Numbered from the stretch's first letter, positions 29,267 through 38,848 are shown. The stretch: 64,000 nucleotides of DNA from Pseudomonadota bacterium (GCA_036339995.1 JAYYZW010000039.1:35852-99851); one strand, 5' to 3'. Notes: generated from the letters alone by a model not told the origin. Made by a program: numbers and translations.

Positions 29267-31024
29267 TTGATCATGAAAGCCACGGAAATCAACGACTTAT
29301 TGCCGTTGCGCAACGCCAGTTTCGACACCCTTGTCGAGGCCTTGGAGTACGCGGCAGAGGGTCAGACCGGGTACAACTTCTACGATGGTCGCGGCGAATT
29401 ATACGCTGTGTTGAGCTATCGAGAGCTCCGGGACGAAGCTCGGATACTCGCCAGGCGCCTGCTCGGACTGGGGTGCAAGCGCGGCAGCCGGGTCGCGGTC
29501 ATCGCCGAAACCGAGCCCATGTTTCACCGATTTTTCTTCGCCTGCCAGTTTGCCGGATACATCCCGGTGGCGTTGCCCGCAGGATTTCAGCTCGGCGCGC
29601 GTGCGGCCTATGTCGAACAGCTCGAACGCATGCTTGACAGCTGCAGCGCGGATATCGCGGTGGCTCCGGAATCTCATATCGGATTTCTCAAACAAGCGGT
29701 AGAACGGCTTGATCTCGTGAAGGCGGGGACACCTGAGGAATTCGACAACCTGTCCGAGTATGACATCGAACTCGAACCCCTGCGCGCCAACGAAATAGCC
29801 TACCTGCAGTACACTTCCGGAAGCACGCGTTTCCCGCGCGGCGTGGAGATTTCTCAACATACCGTACTGACCAATCTGCGCGATATCGCGACGCAAGGCC
29901 TCAAGATCACGCGGCAGGATCGTATGGTCGCCTGGTTGCCGCTTTACCACGATATGGGCCTGGTGGGTTTCGTCCTGTTGCCGCTGGGCAGCCAGCTTTC
30001 GGCCGATTACCTGAGCCCGCGGACTTTTGCAATGCGCCCGCGACTGTGGCTGAAAGTGATCTCGCAGAACCGCGGCACCATTTCATCGGCGCCACCGTTC
30101 GGTTATGCGCTGTGCGCAAAACGGCTCCGCCTGACCGATCAGGATCGCTACGATCTGAGTTCCTGGCGCGTGGCTTGCGTGGGTGCGGAGCGGATTCATC
30201 CCGAACCCCTGCGAAAATTTGCACACGTGCTCAAACCTGCAAAGTTTGATGCGAAGGCGTTCGTTGCCTGCTACGGCATGGCGGAATGCGCGCTCGCCGT
30301 CAGCATCGCTCCGCTCGACGTGGGCATCGACGCGGTCAAAGTCGACAAGGAAAGCATGGCGACCGAAGGACGGGTCGAAATCATCTCGGATGATGCCAAC
30401 GCCACGCCTCAGAGTTCACTCACCTTCGTCGACTGCGGCAAGATCTTGCCGAGTTTTGAGATGGAGATTCGCGACGACCAAGGACGCGATCTCCCCGATT
30501 ATCAGTGCGGACGTATCTGCCTTCGCGGGCCGAGCGTCATGCAGGGTTATTTTCGAAACCGCGACGCAACCGCTGAAGTTTTGTCGGGCGCCGGTTGGTT
30601 CGATACCGGTGACATTGGGTACCGCGTGGGGCAGCATGTCGTTGTTACAGCACGTCGCAAAGACGTCATCATCGTCAACGGTCGTAACATCTGGCCGCAC
30701 GATCTCGAATACCTCGCCGAAAGCCTACCGGGCGTTCGCTTCGGCAACGTTTCCGCATTCTCATTTGCCGACGACGCCGGCGCTGATCAAGTCGTCATGG
30801 TAGTCGAATCGCGCGAATCCAACACGGCGAAAGTCCGAACTTTGACAGACGAATTGCAGACACTGATCGGATCGCATTTCGGGATCAACTGCCATATCGA
30901 TCTCGTACCGCCACGTACGTTACCGCGCACCTCCTCCGGCAAATTGTCCCGCTCCAAGGCGAAGCAGGATTTCCTTGCACGTATGGAGAGCGGGTCCCGC
31001 AACGTCGCGGGCGCGAATGGGTGA
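29267..31024 (+). CDS. fatty acyl-AMP ligase / acyl-ACP synthetase (FAAL-type adenylating enzyme)
   Basis: 585 aa; AMP-binding motifs YLQYTSGSTRFPRGVEISQ, FAAL-like N-terminus; TTG at 29267 or ATG at 29273; first gene of spt operon, same position as Caulobacter acyl-ACP synthetase. Confidence 0.8.
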   Translation: MIMKATEINDLLPLRNASFDTLVEALEYAAEGQTGYNFYDGRGELYAVLSYRELRDEARILARRLLGLGCKRGSRVAVIAETEPMFHRFFFACQFAGYIPVALPAGFQLGARAAYVEQLERMLDSCSADIAVAPESHIGFLKQAVERLDLVKAGTPEEFDNLSEYDIELEPLRANEIAYLQYTSGSTRFPRGVEISQHTVLTNLRDIATQGLKITRQDRMVAWLPLYHDMGLVGFVLLPLGSQLSADYLSPRTFAMRPRLWLKVISQNRGTISSAPPFGYALCAKRLRLTDQDRYDLSSWRVACVGAERIHPEPLRKFAHVLKPAKFDAKAFVACYGMAECALAVSIAPLDVGIDAVKVDKESMATEGRVEIISDDANATPQSSLTFVDCGKILPSFEMEIRDDQGRDLPDYQCGRICLRGPSVMQGYFRNRDATAEVLSGAGWFDTGDIGYRVGQHVVVTARRKDVIIVNGRNIWPHDLEYLAESLPGVRFGNVSAFSFADDAGADQVVMVVESRESNTAKVRTLTDELQTLIGSHFGINCHIDLVPPRTLPRTSSGKLSRSKAKQDFLARMESGSRNVAGANG

Positions 31025-31955
31025 CGATTCCCGCGGTACATCACGCATCGCCCTGACCGGGGCAACCGGCTTCATAGGATTTCAACTCCAGCGCCGCCTG
31101 GCGGCGGACGGTTTTACCGTGCGCGCATTAGTCCGGCCGGGTTCCCGCTATCGCGACAGGGTGGCCGAAGGCGTTGAAGTCAGTGACGTGGCGCTCGATG
31201 ACGGTCCAGGGCTTGCGGCAGCGTTGAATGGGGTGGACGCTGTCATTTATGCCGCTGGCGCCGTTCGTGGACGCGACTTTCATGATTTTACGGCAGCCAA
31301 CGTCGATGGCTTACGGACTGTTTGCGAGGCGATCTCCAACCGTTCTTCCGCTCCGCGCCTGCTCTTGATCTCGTCTCTGGCGGCCACGCGCCCCGAACTC
31401 TCCCACTATGCGCGCAGCAAGCGCGAAGGCGAACGCGTGCTCGAGGACTTCGGGGGAATCGCGTGGGCGATCTTGCGTCCGCCTGCGGTCTATGGTCCGG
31501 GAGACAAGGAAATGCTGCCCCTGTTTCGCTCGATACGTGCTGGTTTGGCGCTGATCGTCGGCCCGGCTCAGCAGCGTTTGTCCTTGTTGCACGTCGATGA
31601 TCTGGTGAGCGCGGTTGTGAGTTGGCTGCGCTGTCCGGAACCCTGTGCTGGGCAGATTTTCGAGATCGACGACGGGCGCAAAGGCGGTTACGGCTGGCAA
31701 GACATCATTGCTGCAAGCCGGGGCGGGCGGCCGATCTTAAAGGTATTTATACCGCGACAGATCCTGGCGATACTCGGGCAACTCAACCTTCTCAGTGCAC
31801 GATGCCTGCGGCGCGCGCCCATGCTGACGCCCGGCAAGGTGCGCGAGCTTTCTCAGGAAAGCTGGCTCTGCGATAATGAAACATTCACATCGGTCACCGG
31901 CTGGACGCCTAAAGTTCAGCTACAAGAAGGCGTGCATCGGTTGTTCGCCGTGTAA
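31017..31955 (+). CDS. NAD(P)-dependent epimerase/dehydratase-family reductase (candidate 3-ketosphinganine reductase, CerR-like)
   Basis: Start MGDDSRGTSRIALTGATGFIGFQL (ATG 31017 overlapping FAAL stop); extended-SDR Rossmann motif TGATGFIG. Confidence 0.7.
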   Translation: MGDDSRGTSRIALTGATGFIGFQLQRRLAADGFTVRALVRPGSRYRDRVAEGVEVSDVALDDGPGLAAALNGVDAVIYAAGAVRGRDFHDFTAANVDGLRTVCEAISNRSSAPRLLLISSLAATRPELSHYARSKREGERVLEDFGGIAWAILRPPAVYGPGDKEMLPLFRSIRAGLALIVGPAQQRLSLLHVDDLVSAVVSWLRCPEPCAGQIFEIDDGRKGGYGWQDIIAASRGGRPILKVFIPRQILAILGQLNLLSARCLRRAPMLTPGKVRELSQESWLCDNETFTSVTGWTPKVQLQEGVHRLFAV

Positions 31956-31977
31956 ACTGACAGGGGAAGCATGGGTC

Positions 31978-32238
31978 TTGAACTCTGAGTTGAAGATCGA
32001 GCGCGGTACCATCGAAGACGAGCTGATACGCATGCTCCGTGCTGCGCTGAATGACCCGCCTCCCATCGCGCCCGACACCAGTCTCGTAGGCGATCTCGGG
32101 CTCGCATCAATCCAGATCATCGAATATTTATGCGAGGTCGAGGATCGGTTCGATCTCGTCATCAAGGAAGATGCGCTTGCCGACACACATACGATCAGTG
32201 ATCTGGCGGCTGTCGTCGAAAGCCTCGTGAAGTGTTGA
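31978..32238 (+). CDS. acyl carrier protein (TTG start inferred)
   Basis: About 86 aa; phosphopantetheine attachment context GDLGLASIQIIE (DSL-type Ser); longer ATG-ORF (31876) would overlap upstream gene, TTG at 31978 has GGGGA 10 nt upstream. Confidence 0.65.
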   Translation: MNSELKIERGTIEDELIRMLRAALNDPPPIAPDTSLVGDLGLASIQIIEYLCEVEDRFDLVIKEDALADTHTISDLAAVVESLVKC

Positions 32239-32245
32239 CCACACA

Positions 32246-33448
32246 ATGAGCCTCAGCGACAAGTTCGCAAACGCCGCGCGCGTGCGCGACGAACTGTCCG
32301 CTGCGCCGGTCAATCCTACGAACGTCGTAATTGAACGCGTGTTGTCCGCGACCGAAGCCATAATTTCCGGGCGGCCGACGATCATGGCCGGGTCGAACAA
32401 CTATCTCGGACTAACGTTTGATCCCGGTTGCATCGAGGCGGGTCGCGCGGCGCTTGTGGAATCAGGCACGGGAACGACCGGGTCGCGTATGGCCAATGGC
32501 ACTTATCGGGAGCACCTGGAATTGGAAGAGGAGTTGGCCGCATTTTTCGGAACGCCGTATGCGATGGTGTTTTCGACCGGCTACGCCGCAAATCTCGGGG
32601 CTTTGGCAGCGCTTCTCGAACCTGGCGACGCCGCTCTGCTCGATTCAGAAGCGCATGCCAGTTTGTATGATGGCTGCCGTTTGAGCGGCGCGGATGTGTA
32701 TCGTTTCAAGCACAACGATCCCGACGGCCTCGCCAATCGCATGCGCCGTCTCGGCGATCGCGCTCGCGATGCCCTGATCGTTGTCGAGGGGCTCTACAGC
32801 ATTCGTGGCGACTGTGCACCATTGGCCGAGTTTGCAGAGGTCAAAGCCGAATACGGCGGCTATCTCTTTGTCGATGAAGCGCACTCGCTGGGTATTTATG
32901 GCGACCACGGTCGCGGGCTTGCCGAACATATGGAGGTCGAGGATGCCGTAGACTTTATCGTTGGCACATTCAGCAAGAGCCTTGGCTCCATCGGGGGCTT
33001 CTGCGCAAGCCGCCATGAAGAGCTAACGCTTTTTCGCTATGCCAGCCGGCCCTATATATTCACCGCGTCGCCGTGCCCCTCGGTTGTTGCGACGACCCGC
33101 GAAGCACTGCGACAGATTCAGAACCGTCCCGAGCTGCGTGAGAGGGTATGGGCAAACGCAAACCGTCTTTATCCGGCACTCGAAAAACTACAGCTCAATG
33201 TCGGGCCGCACACCAGTCCGGTCATTGGTATCGCACTAAATGATCGGGACCTCGCCTTCGCCTGTTGGCAGGCGCTGCTGGCGGCCGGCGTCTATACCAA
33301 CCTGATTTTGCCGCCCGCCGCCCCCGATGGCGGCAGCCTCATCCGGTGCAGCGTGACCGCCGCCCATAGCATCAAGCAAATCGACGCCATCATCGCCGCC
33401 TTCGCCGACGTCAACCGCGAACTAGGGATTGGACGCGATGCAGCGTAA
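32246..33448 (+). CDS. spt: serine palmitoyltransferase (alpha-oxoamine synthase family)
   Basis: 400 aa; near-collinear with Sphingomonas SPT: SNNYLGLTF, GSRM.NGT, FSTGY.ANLG, VDEAHS.G, PLP-lysine motif GTFSKSLGSIGGF (SPT-type rather than BioF/Kbl), PYIFTAS.P.SVVATT. Confidence 0.9.
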   Translation: MSLSDKFANAARVRDELSAAPVNPTNVVIERVLSATEAIISGRPTIMAGSNNYLGLTFDPGCIEAGRAALVESGTGTTGSRMANGTYREHLELEEELAAFFGTPYAMVFSTGYAANLGALAALLEPGDAALLDSEAHASLYDGCRLSGADVYRFKHNDPDGLANRMRRLGDRARDALIVVEGLYSIRGDCAPLAEFAEVKAEYGGYLFVDEAHSLGIYGDHGRGLAEHMEVEDAVDFIVGTFSKSLGSIGGFCASRHEELTLFRYASRPYIFTASPCPSVVATTREALRQIQNRPELRERVWANANRLYPALEKLQLNVGPHTSPVIGIALNDRDLAFACWQALLAAGVYTNLILPPAAPDGGSLIRCSVTAAHSIKQIDAIIAAFADVNRELGIGRDAA

Positions 33449-33453
33449 CGTTT

Positions 33454-33617
33454 AGGAACCTCTGAATAAGTCATGGCATATCTGCCTTGTCCGTGAAATC
33501 GCGCAGTTCGGCGTTACGAACCTCGCTAATAGTCCCCGCTATTGCCTGCGTTTCGTGCCTTGATCCGCCCAATTTCAAGAACAATTCAGACGCACCATGG
33601 CTTATTCAGAGGTTCCT
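33454..33617. repeat. 23-bp inverted repeat pair (AGGAACCTCTGAATAAGTCATGG / CCATGGCTTATTCAGAGGTTCCT) flanking a 118-bp spacer
   Basis: 22/23 complementary; fills the convergent intergenic gap between spt (+) and the Tam41-like gene (-). Confidence 0.6.
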
Positions 33618-34538
33618 TTATTTGAATCCACCGAGACGATAGAGTCGCCACAGAAGACCCCAGGAGAAAATCAAAGGGTGGCGGCGCTGCAGAGCGGTCG
33701 GTTCCATATGAATGCCGGAGTGGCGTTCAACCTTCCACAGAATGTAGTCCAGCGGGTCATTAAAAGTGAAGGCCGCCTTGAACAAGCGCGCGATGGACAG
33801 CAGTTTTCCTTCGACACGACGCAGCCGCCAGGACCATGCGGCCGCACGACGGCGCGCACCAGACAGCTCGGATCGCCACCGGTGATCACCGATCCTGGAT
33901 AGTGCTAATTCCGGTGCTAGCGCGTCGGTAACCGCCGCTAAGGGTTCGGCATACGCCGCAAACAATTCCGCGGCCTTGCCGCGATCTTCGGCTCGAAGCT
34001 CGCAATCATAGGTAAGCGTAAAAGCATGCTTCCACAATGCATCGGTCGAGAATTCCGGTGCAAGCATCGGAATGACCGATTCCATCATGCGGCGGGCCGC
34101 AGCACGCCCGGCGTCGCTCAGGCGCTGCTCTACCGATTCGTCACGCGCGTAAGCGAGCACGAAGGGTTGCGCAAAACGCGCCCAGAAGTAGGAATGAAAC
34201 CGGCGGCTTATCTCGTGTTCGAACTGCGCGAGGGTGACCGTCGCAAACTTCGCGGCACAGCTTCGATCGCCTTTTTCCAAGGTCAGATGGTAAACGTTCG
34301 GCGGCAATATGCGGTTGGCCACTTGATGAAAAACTCCAGCAATACCCTGAGCGTAGTCGTTCAGCAGGATATAGAAATCGAGCACGGTATCTCGCTTGCC
34401 GCGTAAGTGTGAACCGTAAAGGAGAATTGCGGACACGGCCCCGCCGTGTCTGTCGATCAGTTCGGTGACGAACAGGCGGACCCATACGTTCGCGTCCGCA
34501 TCTTCATTGAGATCGAGGATCAGCGGATTATCATCCAT
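33618..34538 (-). CDS. nucleotidyltransferase-fold protein, possibly Tam41/Mmp37-like phosphatidate cytidylyltransferase family
   Basis: About 306 aa from MDDNPLILDL; LYGSHLRG...DFYILL resembles the YGSGV...DIIL core of Tam41; assignment tentative. Confidence 0.35.
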   Translation of the reverse strand: MDDNPLILDLNEDADANVWVRLFVTELIDRHGGAVSAILLYGSHLRGKRDTVLDFYILLNDYAQGIAGVFHQVANRILPPNVYHLTLEKGDRSCAAKFATVTLAQFEHEISRRFHSYFWARFAQPFVLAYARDESVEQRLSDAGRAAARRMMESVIPMLAPEFSTDALWKHAFTLTYDCELRAEDRGKAAELFAAYAEPLAAVTDALAPELALSRIGDHRWRSELSGARRRAAAWSWRLRRVEGKLLSIARLFKAAFTFNDPLDYILWKVERHSGIHMEPTALQRRHPLIFSWGLLWRLYRLGGFK

Positions 34539-35736
34539 AAGCGCGACGCGTGCCGGAAAAGGTCTGGTAAGCCGCGGCGTGTTTGGCTTGCGCTGCAGTT
34601 GGATCCTTGAGCCATGATTCCAGAGGTTCGCTTCGAATGCGCACCCCCGCAGCATAGATGAGGCGAACGAGCATGATCGCGCTGCTCATGATCGTCCATA
34701 GCGCGACACCGAAAAATCCATAGTCTGGACGCCCGATCAACAATGCGACAGTGAGGATGATCAAGCAGGGGTTTCTACGTGCCGTGTAGAGGCGGAAGTA
34801 GGCGTCGAATGGCCTCCACGCGAACATGCTGCAATGGCCCAGCGCATGGAATAGGGCTTCGATCACACGGCCTGTGATGTAGCCGCCGGCGATCAGCCAG
34901 TAGAGCTCTGATCTCCCGAGATCGAAGAAATTGTCGAAACTCGCGAGACCCATTCCCCAGAACACGTACCAGAATGGTGGGTGGATGATATCCATCCCGT
35001 GATCCAGCACGTGGCCGAAGCGGCTGCTTCTAATCGTGACGCGGGCGAGCTTGCCATCGACCGTGTCGAGCAGCGTCATCACCCAGCCGCATGCAAGACC
35101 ACTCGCATAATGACCGTGCAGGAACAACCAGCTTGATGCGAGAACCAGGAGCAAACCGGTGACGGTCACCATGTTCGGTGAAATACCGGCCAAGGTGCAC
35201 CATTTGACGAAGTGTCTGGCGGGACGCGGCCATAACCATTTGGTCACCAAATCCGTTATGCCCTTGTACGAATTACCATACAAAAAATCTTCCAGCAGGA
35301 TTCGATTCTCGGCCGTGATCGGCTTCAGCAGTGGCGGTTCGATCTTGCGTAACTTTCCGTCGAAGCCGTCTAAATTCTGCGACTTCAAGACAACCATATC
35401 GGGCGGCCGCGTTGCGTTTGCGTGGGTGACGACATCGAGGCAAGCCATTGCGCGTGCGGTGTCGACATGCGCCGCCGCGATATTCTCGTCTTCCGCGCAC
35501 TCGAGCAGGCTCTGCCGGTGCTGTATAAGTCCGACGAGCGTGCGCACTTCGAACAGGTATCCGGCGTTTAAAAGAAGCATGCTATCGACACCGGCTAACC
35601 GGGAAAGATCACCAATGATTTCGTCGGTCCCCGCCGCCCGAAGCTGCCGTTCGATGCGTTCGCGTGAGGTGATGCCCCAGAGCCGCTGGTCGGTAGATCC
35701 CACGATGTAGGCGGCGGTGCTCATGCTATACTGCAA
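34531..35736 (-). CDS. CDP-alcohol phosphatidyltransferase with about 180-aa N-terminal extra domain
   Basis: 401 aa; C-terminal half polytopic with CDP-OH_P_transf signature DTVDGKLARVTIRSSRFGHVLDHGMD (D-G-x2-A-R...G-x3-D-x3-D); N-terminal soluble domain of unclear fold; 4-nt spacing to downstream gene. Confidence 0.75.
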   Translation of the reverse strand: MQYSMSTAAYIVGSTDQRLWGITSRERIERQLRAAGTDEIIGDLSRLAGVDSMLLLNAGYLFEVRTLVGLIQHRQSLLECAEDENIAAAHVDTARAMACLDVVTHANATRPPDMVVLKSQNLDGFDGKLRKIEPPLLKPITAENRILLEDFLYGNSYKGITDLVTKWLWPRPARHFVKWCTLAGISPNMVTVTGLLLVLASSWLFLHGHYASGLACGWVMTLLDTVDGKLARVTIRSSRFGHVLDHGMDIIHPPFWYVFWGMGLASFDNFFDLGRSELYWLIAGGYITGRVIEALFHALGHCSMFAWRPFDAYFRLYTARRNPCLIILTVALLIGRPDYGFFGVALWTIMSSAIMLVRLIYAAGVRIRSEPLESWLKDPTAAQAKHAAAYQTFSGTRRAYG

Positions 35737-35811
35737 GCTCTAGAGTTGCTAAAAAAGCCGTTTAATTATAATCGCTTATATAATCTATCGGCAAAATTCC
35801 AGTCGGCGCAC

Positions 35812-36690
35812 ATGCGCATCGCTCATCTGACCGACCCGCACCTGACATCGCTCGACGGCATATCGCCGTTCGCGCTCAAGGGTAAGCGGCGCTTGGGCTA
35901 TCTGTCGTGGTGGCGCAATCGGCGCCGCCAGTACCGTGCGGAGATGCTGAAGCGAATCACGTGCGCACTTGTCGCCGATGATCCAGACGTCACCTTCGTC
36001 ACCGGGGATCTCGTCCACCTCGGGTTGCCCGCGGAAATCGCTCACGCACGCGAATGGCTGGAGCGGTTGAGTGAGCAAACGCAGGTCGTGCTGGTCCCAG
36101 GCAATCACGACTGTTACCGGCACGACTCTATCGATCACGTCTATGGGCAGTGGGCACGGTTTCTCAACCTGCAACCCAATGATCGCAGTGGATTTCCAAG
36201 CGTATTGCGTAAAGGGTCTGTATCGTTCATCGGAGTATCGTCGGCGTTGCCAATGCCGGTGTGGTCGGCCGGCGGAGATATCGGCCGCGTCCAGATCGAA
36301 AAGCTCGACCGTATTCTGAGCGAGACAAGCGGGACCTTTCGCTGCCTCGGACTGCATCATCCGCCGCTCGTCGGTCAGGTCCCGGGGCGAAAGGCGCTCG
36401 CCGATGCTTCGCTGCTAGAGGGCTTGATACGGAAGCATGGCGTCGAACTCGTATTGCATGGCCATGTTCACCGTAATCGCGAAACGGTCGTCGACGAGCG
36501 CACGCGCGTCATGGCCAGCGCTTCCGCTTCACGCGTTTCCGGGCGTAACCGTGCATCTTTTCGCACGTTAGACGTTCAAGCAAGCGATACGCAATGGCAG
36601 GTGACGGGCAGACTCAAATCTGTCGATGACAACGGCACGTCGATCGTATTGTCGGAGCAAAGCTGGCAGATTGAAAAGCGGCGCGCTTGA
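35812..36690 (+). CDS. calcineurin-like metallophosphoesterase
   Basis: Start MRIAHLTDPHL; motifs DxH (DPH), GDLVH, GNHD, GHVH typical of MPE phosphatases; divergent from CDP-alcohol transferase gene across an AT-rich 75-bp promoter region. Confidence 0.8.
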   Translation: MRIAHLTDPHLTSLDGISPFALKGKRRLGYLSWWRNRRRQYRAEMLKRITCALVADDPDVTFVTGDLVHLGLPAEIAHAREWLERLSEQTQVVLVPGNHDCYRHDSIDHVYGQWARFLNLQPNDRSGFPSVLRKGSVSFIGVSSALPMPVWSAGGDIGRVQIEKLDRILSETSGTFRCLGLHHPPLVGQVPGRKALADASLLEGLIRKHGVELVLHGHVHRNRETVVDERTRVMASASASRVSGRNRASFRTLDVQASDTQWQVTGRLKSVDDNGTSIVLSEQSWQIEKRRA

Positions 36691-36706
36691 GGGCGGTGAG
36701 CGCCTG

Positions 36707-37771
36707 TTAAGACAAGCGCCTAAGTCCGACCAGTGCGACGGTCAACGCCAGTACTGCGGGCAACAGGGCCGAAGGAGCGGCGGGAATTTCTAGTATCGTG
36801 GAGAGGTGCCCGGTCATCTGTTCGAGTAGATAAAATCCGATCCCAACGGCAGCACCGATAACGAGCCGGAATCCAGTGGAATGTGATTGCACCGATCCAA
36901 TTACGAAGGGCAGGCCGAGCAGAGTCATCGCAATCAATGCCAGCGGTACGCTGATCTGCCGCCAGAAGATCGATTCATATTGGTGGGTGTTGACACCACT
37001 GCCCTCCATCGCACGAATATAGCGATAGAGATCGGCAGACGACAGCGAATAGGCCGGAGCCTGCAAAGTGGACAATTGCTCGCGGCTCAGAAAACTCTGC
37101 CATTCGAGCTCGTCGAGGACGCGGTACCTGATGGCATCGTCCCCCAGAATTTTCTCCTGCACCCCGAACAGCATCCAAGTCTGTTCATCGATGATGTCTG
37201 CCCTGTGTGCCTGCAGCATTCGCTGTAAACGACCGTGCGGCCCTATTTCATAAATTTCAATCTCTTGTGGGATGCGTCCAAACTCGACGCCGCCGACGCG
37301 GATAAATCGATTATCGTGCCGGCTCCAGAATTCAGTTCCGCCCCCTAGTGTCGTCTGAGACAGTGTCCTGGAGCGGAATTCCTGAGCCTGGCGTTCGACC
37401 GATGGAATGACGTAATTCTGTAAGACGACGGTGACGAATATCAGCCCTAAGGCGGCGGCACATGGACCGCGCGCAAGCCGCCATGGTGACAGACCGGCGA
37501 CTCGCATCACGATGATTTCACGGTAGTTGGCCATCGCGCCCAGGCCGAGTATGGCCCCGAGAAGAGCGCTGACCGGTAATAAGTCGGTGATTCGCTTCGG
37601 CGTGGTGAGAAAAACGACGGAAACGGCATCCGAGGTCGTGAAGCTCCCGGTACCGACGTCCTCCAAGGCCTCGGCAAAGCTGAGGAAGCTGAATAGCGCC
37701 AACAACAGCATCAGTACCAAGCCGGCCGCCTTCACGAAATTGAGAGCAAGGTAGCGTTCAACGGTCGTCAT
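36707..37771 (-). CDS. lptG: LptG-type LPS-export permease (YjgP/YjgQ family)
   Basis: Start MTTVERYLALNFVKAAG (ATG 37771, ATGA overlap with upstream lptF stop); 6-TM plus periplasmic beta-jellyroll organisation. Confidence 0.75.
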   Translation of the reverse strand: MTTVERYLALNFVKAAGLVLMLLLALFSFLSFAEALEDVGTGSFTTSDAVSVVFLTTPKRITDLLPVSALLGAILGLGAMANYREIIVMRVAGLSPWRLARGPCAAALGLIFVTVVLQNYVIPSVERQAQEFRSRTLSQTTLGGGTEFWSRHDNRFIRVGGVEFGRIPQEIEIYEIGPHGRLQRMLQAHRADIIDEQTWMLFGVQEKILGDDAIRYRVLDELEWQSFLSREQLSTLQAPAYSLSSADLYRYIRAMEGSGVNTHQYESIFWRQISVPLALIAMTLLGLPFVIGSVQSHSTGFRLVIGAAVGIGFYLLEQMTGHLSTILEIPAAPSALLPAVLALTVALVGLRRLS

Positions 37772-38823
37772 TTTCGACGTCTCGCGAGCGGGCGGATTGA
37801 GAACATAGCGATCACGCATGCGAGGAGCGCTGGTACCCACCAGATGTTTGGCAAGGTTTCGTGCTCAACCCAGGTTCGGCCGACGCCGAGCAGGTTGTAG
37901 TAGACCGCATAAACGCCAATCGCGATCGGTATCCTCGTGTAGCGGCCCTCGCGGGGTTTGGAATCGACCAGCCTGAGTGCGGCCAATGCGAGTAGGAGTG
38001 TTGACACCGGCGTCGATAGGCGCCATTGAAATTCCGCACGATCGTGGGCCTGTTTTGAGAGAGACAGTGCCGAAGTGGGTTCCGTTTTTGCTCGATAATC
38101 ACGCGCGACGCTGCGTTCGGCGTTGAGGAATATCGTCAGAGTGTCGAACCTTCCGTAAAAATCCGATGCGTCGGCCGTGCTTTTGTATATGCTCGCGTCG
38201 TTCAGCACGAGCCGATGTCGAGTATCGGTCACGAAGGTTTCCAATCGCCCCGTGCTGGATGTAATGACTTCCATATCGTTCGCTTCACGATCCCGAATAA
38301 AAATACCGACGAGTTCCTTTCCATTCCTACCGATGTCCTCAACGTAGACCGCGCGGTTTTCCTCCTCGAACAGGTAGAAACGCTGAGAGCGAATACGGCC
38401 GAGTTCCGAGGTCGCCTTTGCTTGCGCTCGCAGCTCGTACATGGCGTCATACGCCCACGGCCTAACCACGATCGACAGTGTGCCAACCGCTGTCGCGAGC
38501 AGTATGCTCAGTAGAATCAGCGGACGATGCATTCGATTGCGGCTCATTCCGCAGGCGTGCATGGCGATGATTTCGGTATGGGTATTGAGGCGGCCGAAAC
38601 CGATGATGAGACCGAAATAAAGTGCAAGCGGCAACAGTACTTCGAGAGCGATAAGGGATTTGAAGAATGTTAGGTGCGCGACCTCCGCAGCTTTAAAGAG
38701 CCCACTCGCTGCATCGGTCAGGAATAGACTCAAGCTGTATGCGAGAAAAATAGCGATGAGCGCCATTGCCACACCGATGGAACTCAAGCTGATTTCGCGG
38801 ATTAGATAGCGATCGAAAAGCAC
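37768..38823 (-). CDS. lptF: LptF-type LPS-export permease
   Basis: 351 aa; N-terminus MLFDRYLIREI and IIAMHACGMS match E. coli LptF (ITVMHACGLS). Confidence 0.8.
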   Translation of the reverse strand: MLFDRYLIREISLSSIGVAMALIAIFLAYSLSLFLTDAASGLFKAAEVAHLTFFKSLIALEVLLPLALYFGLIIGFGRLNTHTEIIAMHACGMSRNRMHRPLILLSILLATAVGTLSIVVRPWAYDAMYELRAQAKATSELGRIRSQRFYLFEEENRAVYVEDIGRNGKELVGIFIRDREANDMEVITSSTGRLETFVTDTRHRLVLNDASIYKSTADASDFYGRFDTLTIFLNAERSVARDYRAKTEPTSALSLSKQAHDRAEFQWRLSTPVSTLLLALAALRLVDSKPREGRYTRIPIAIGVYAVYYNLLGVGRTWVEHETLPNIWWVPALLACVIAMFSIRPLARRRK

Positions 38824-38848
38824 GGCATATAAAAAGGCGATGAAGATG

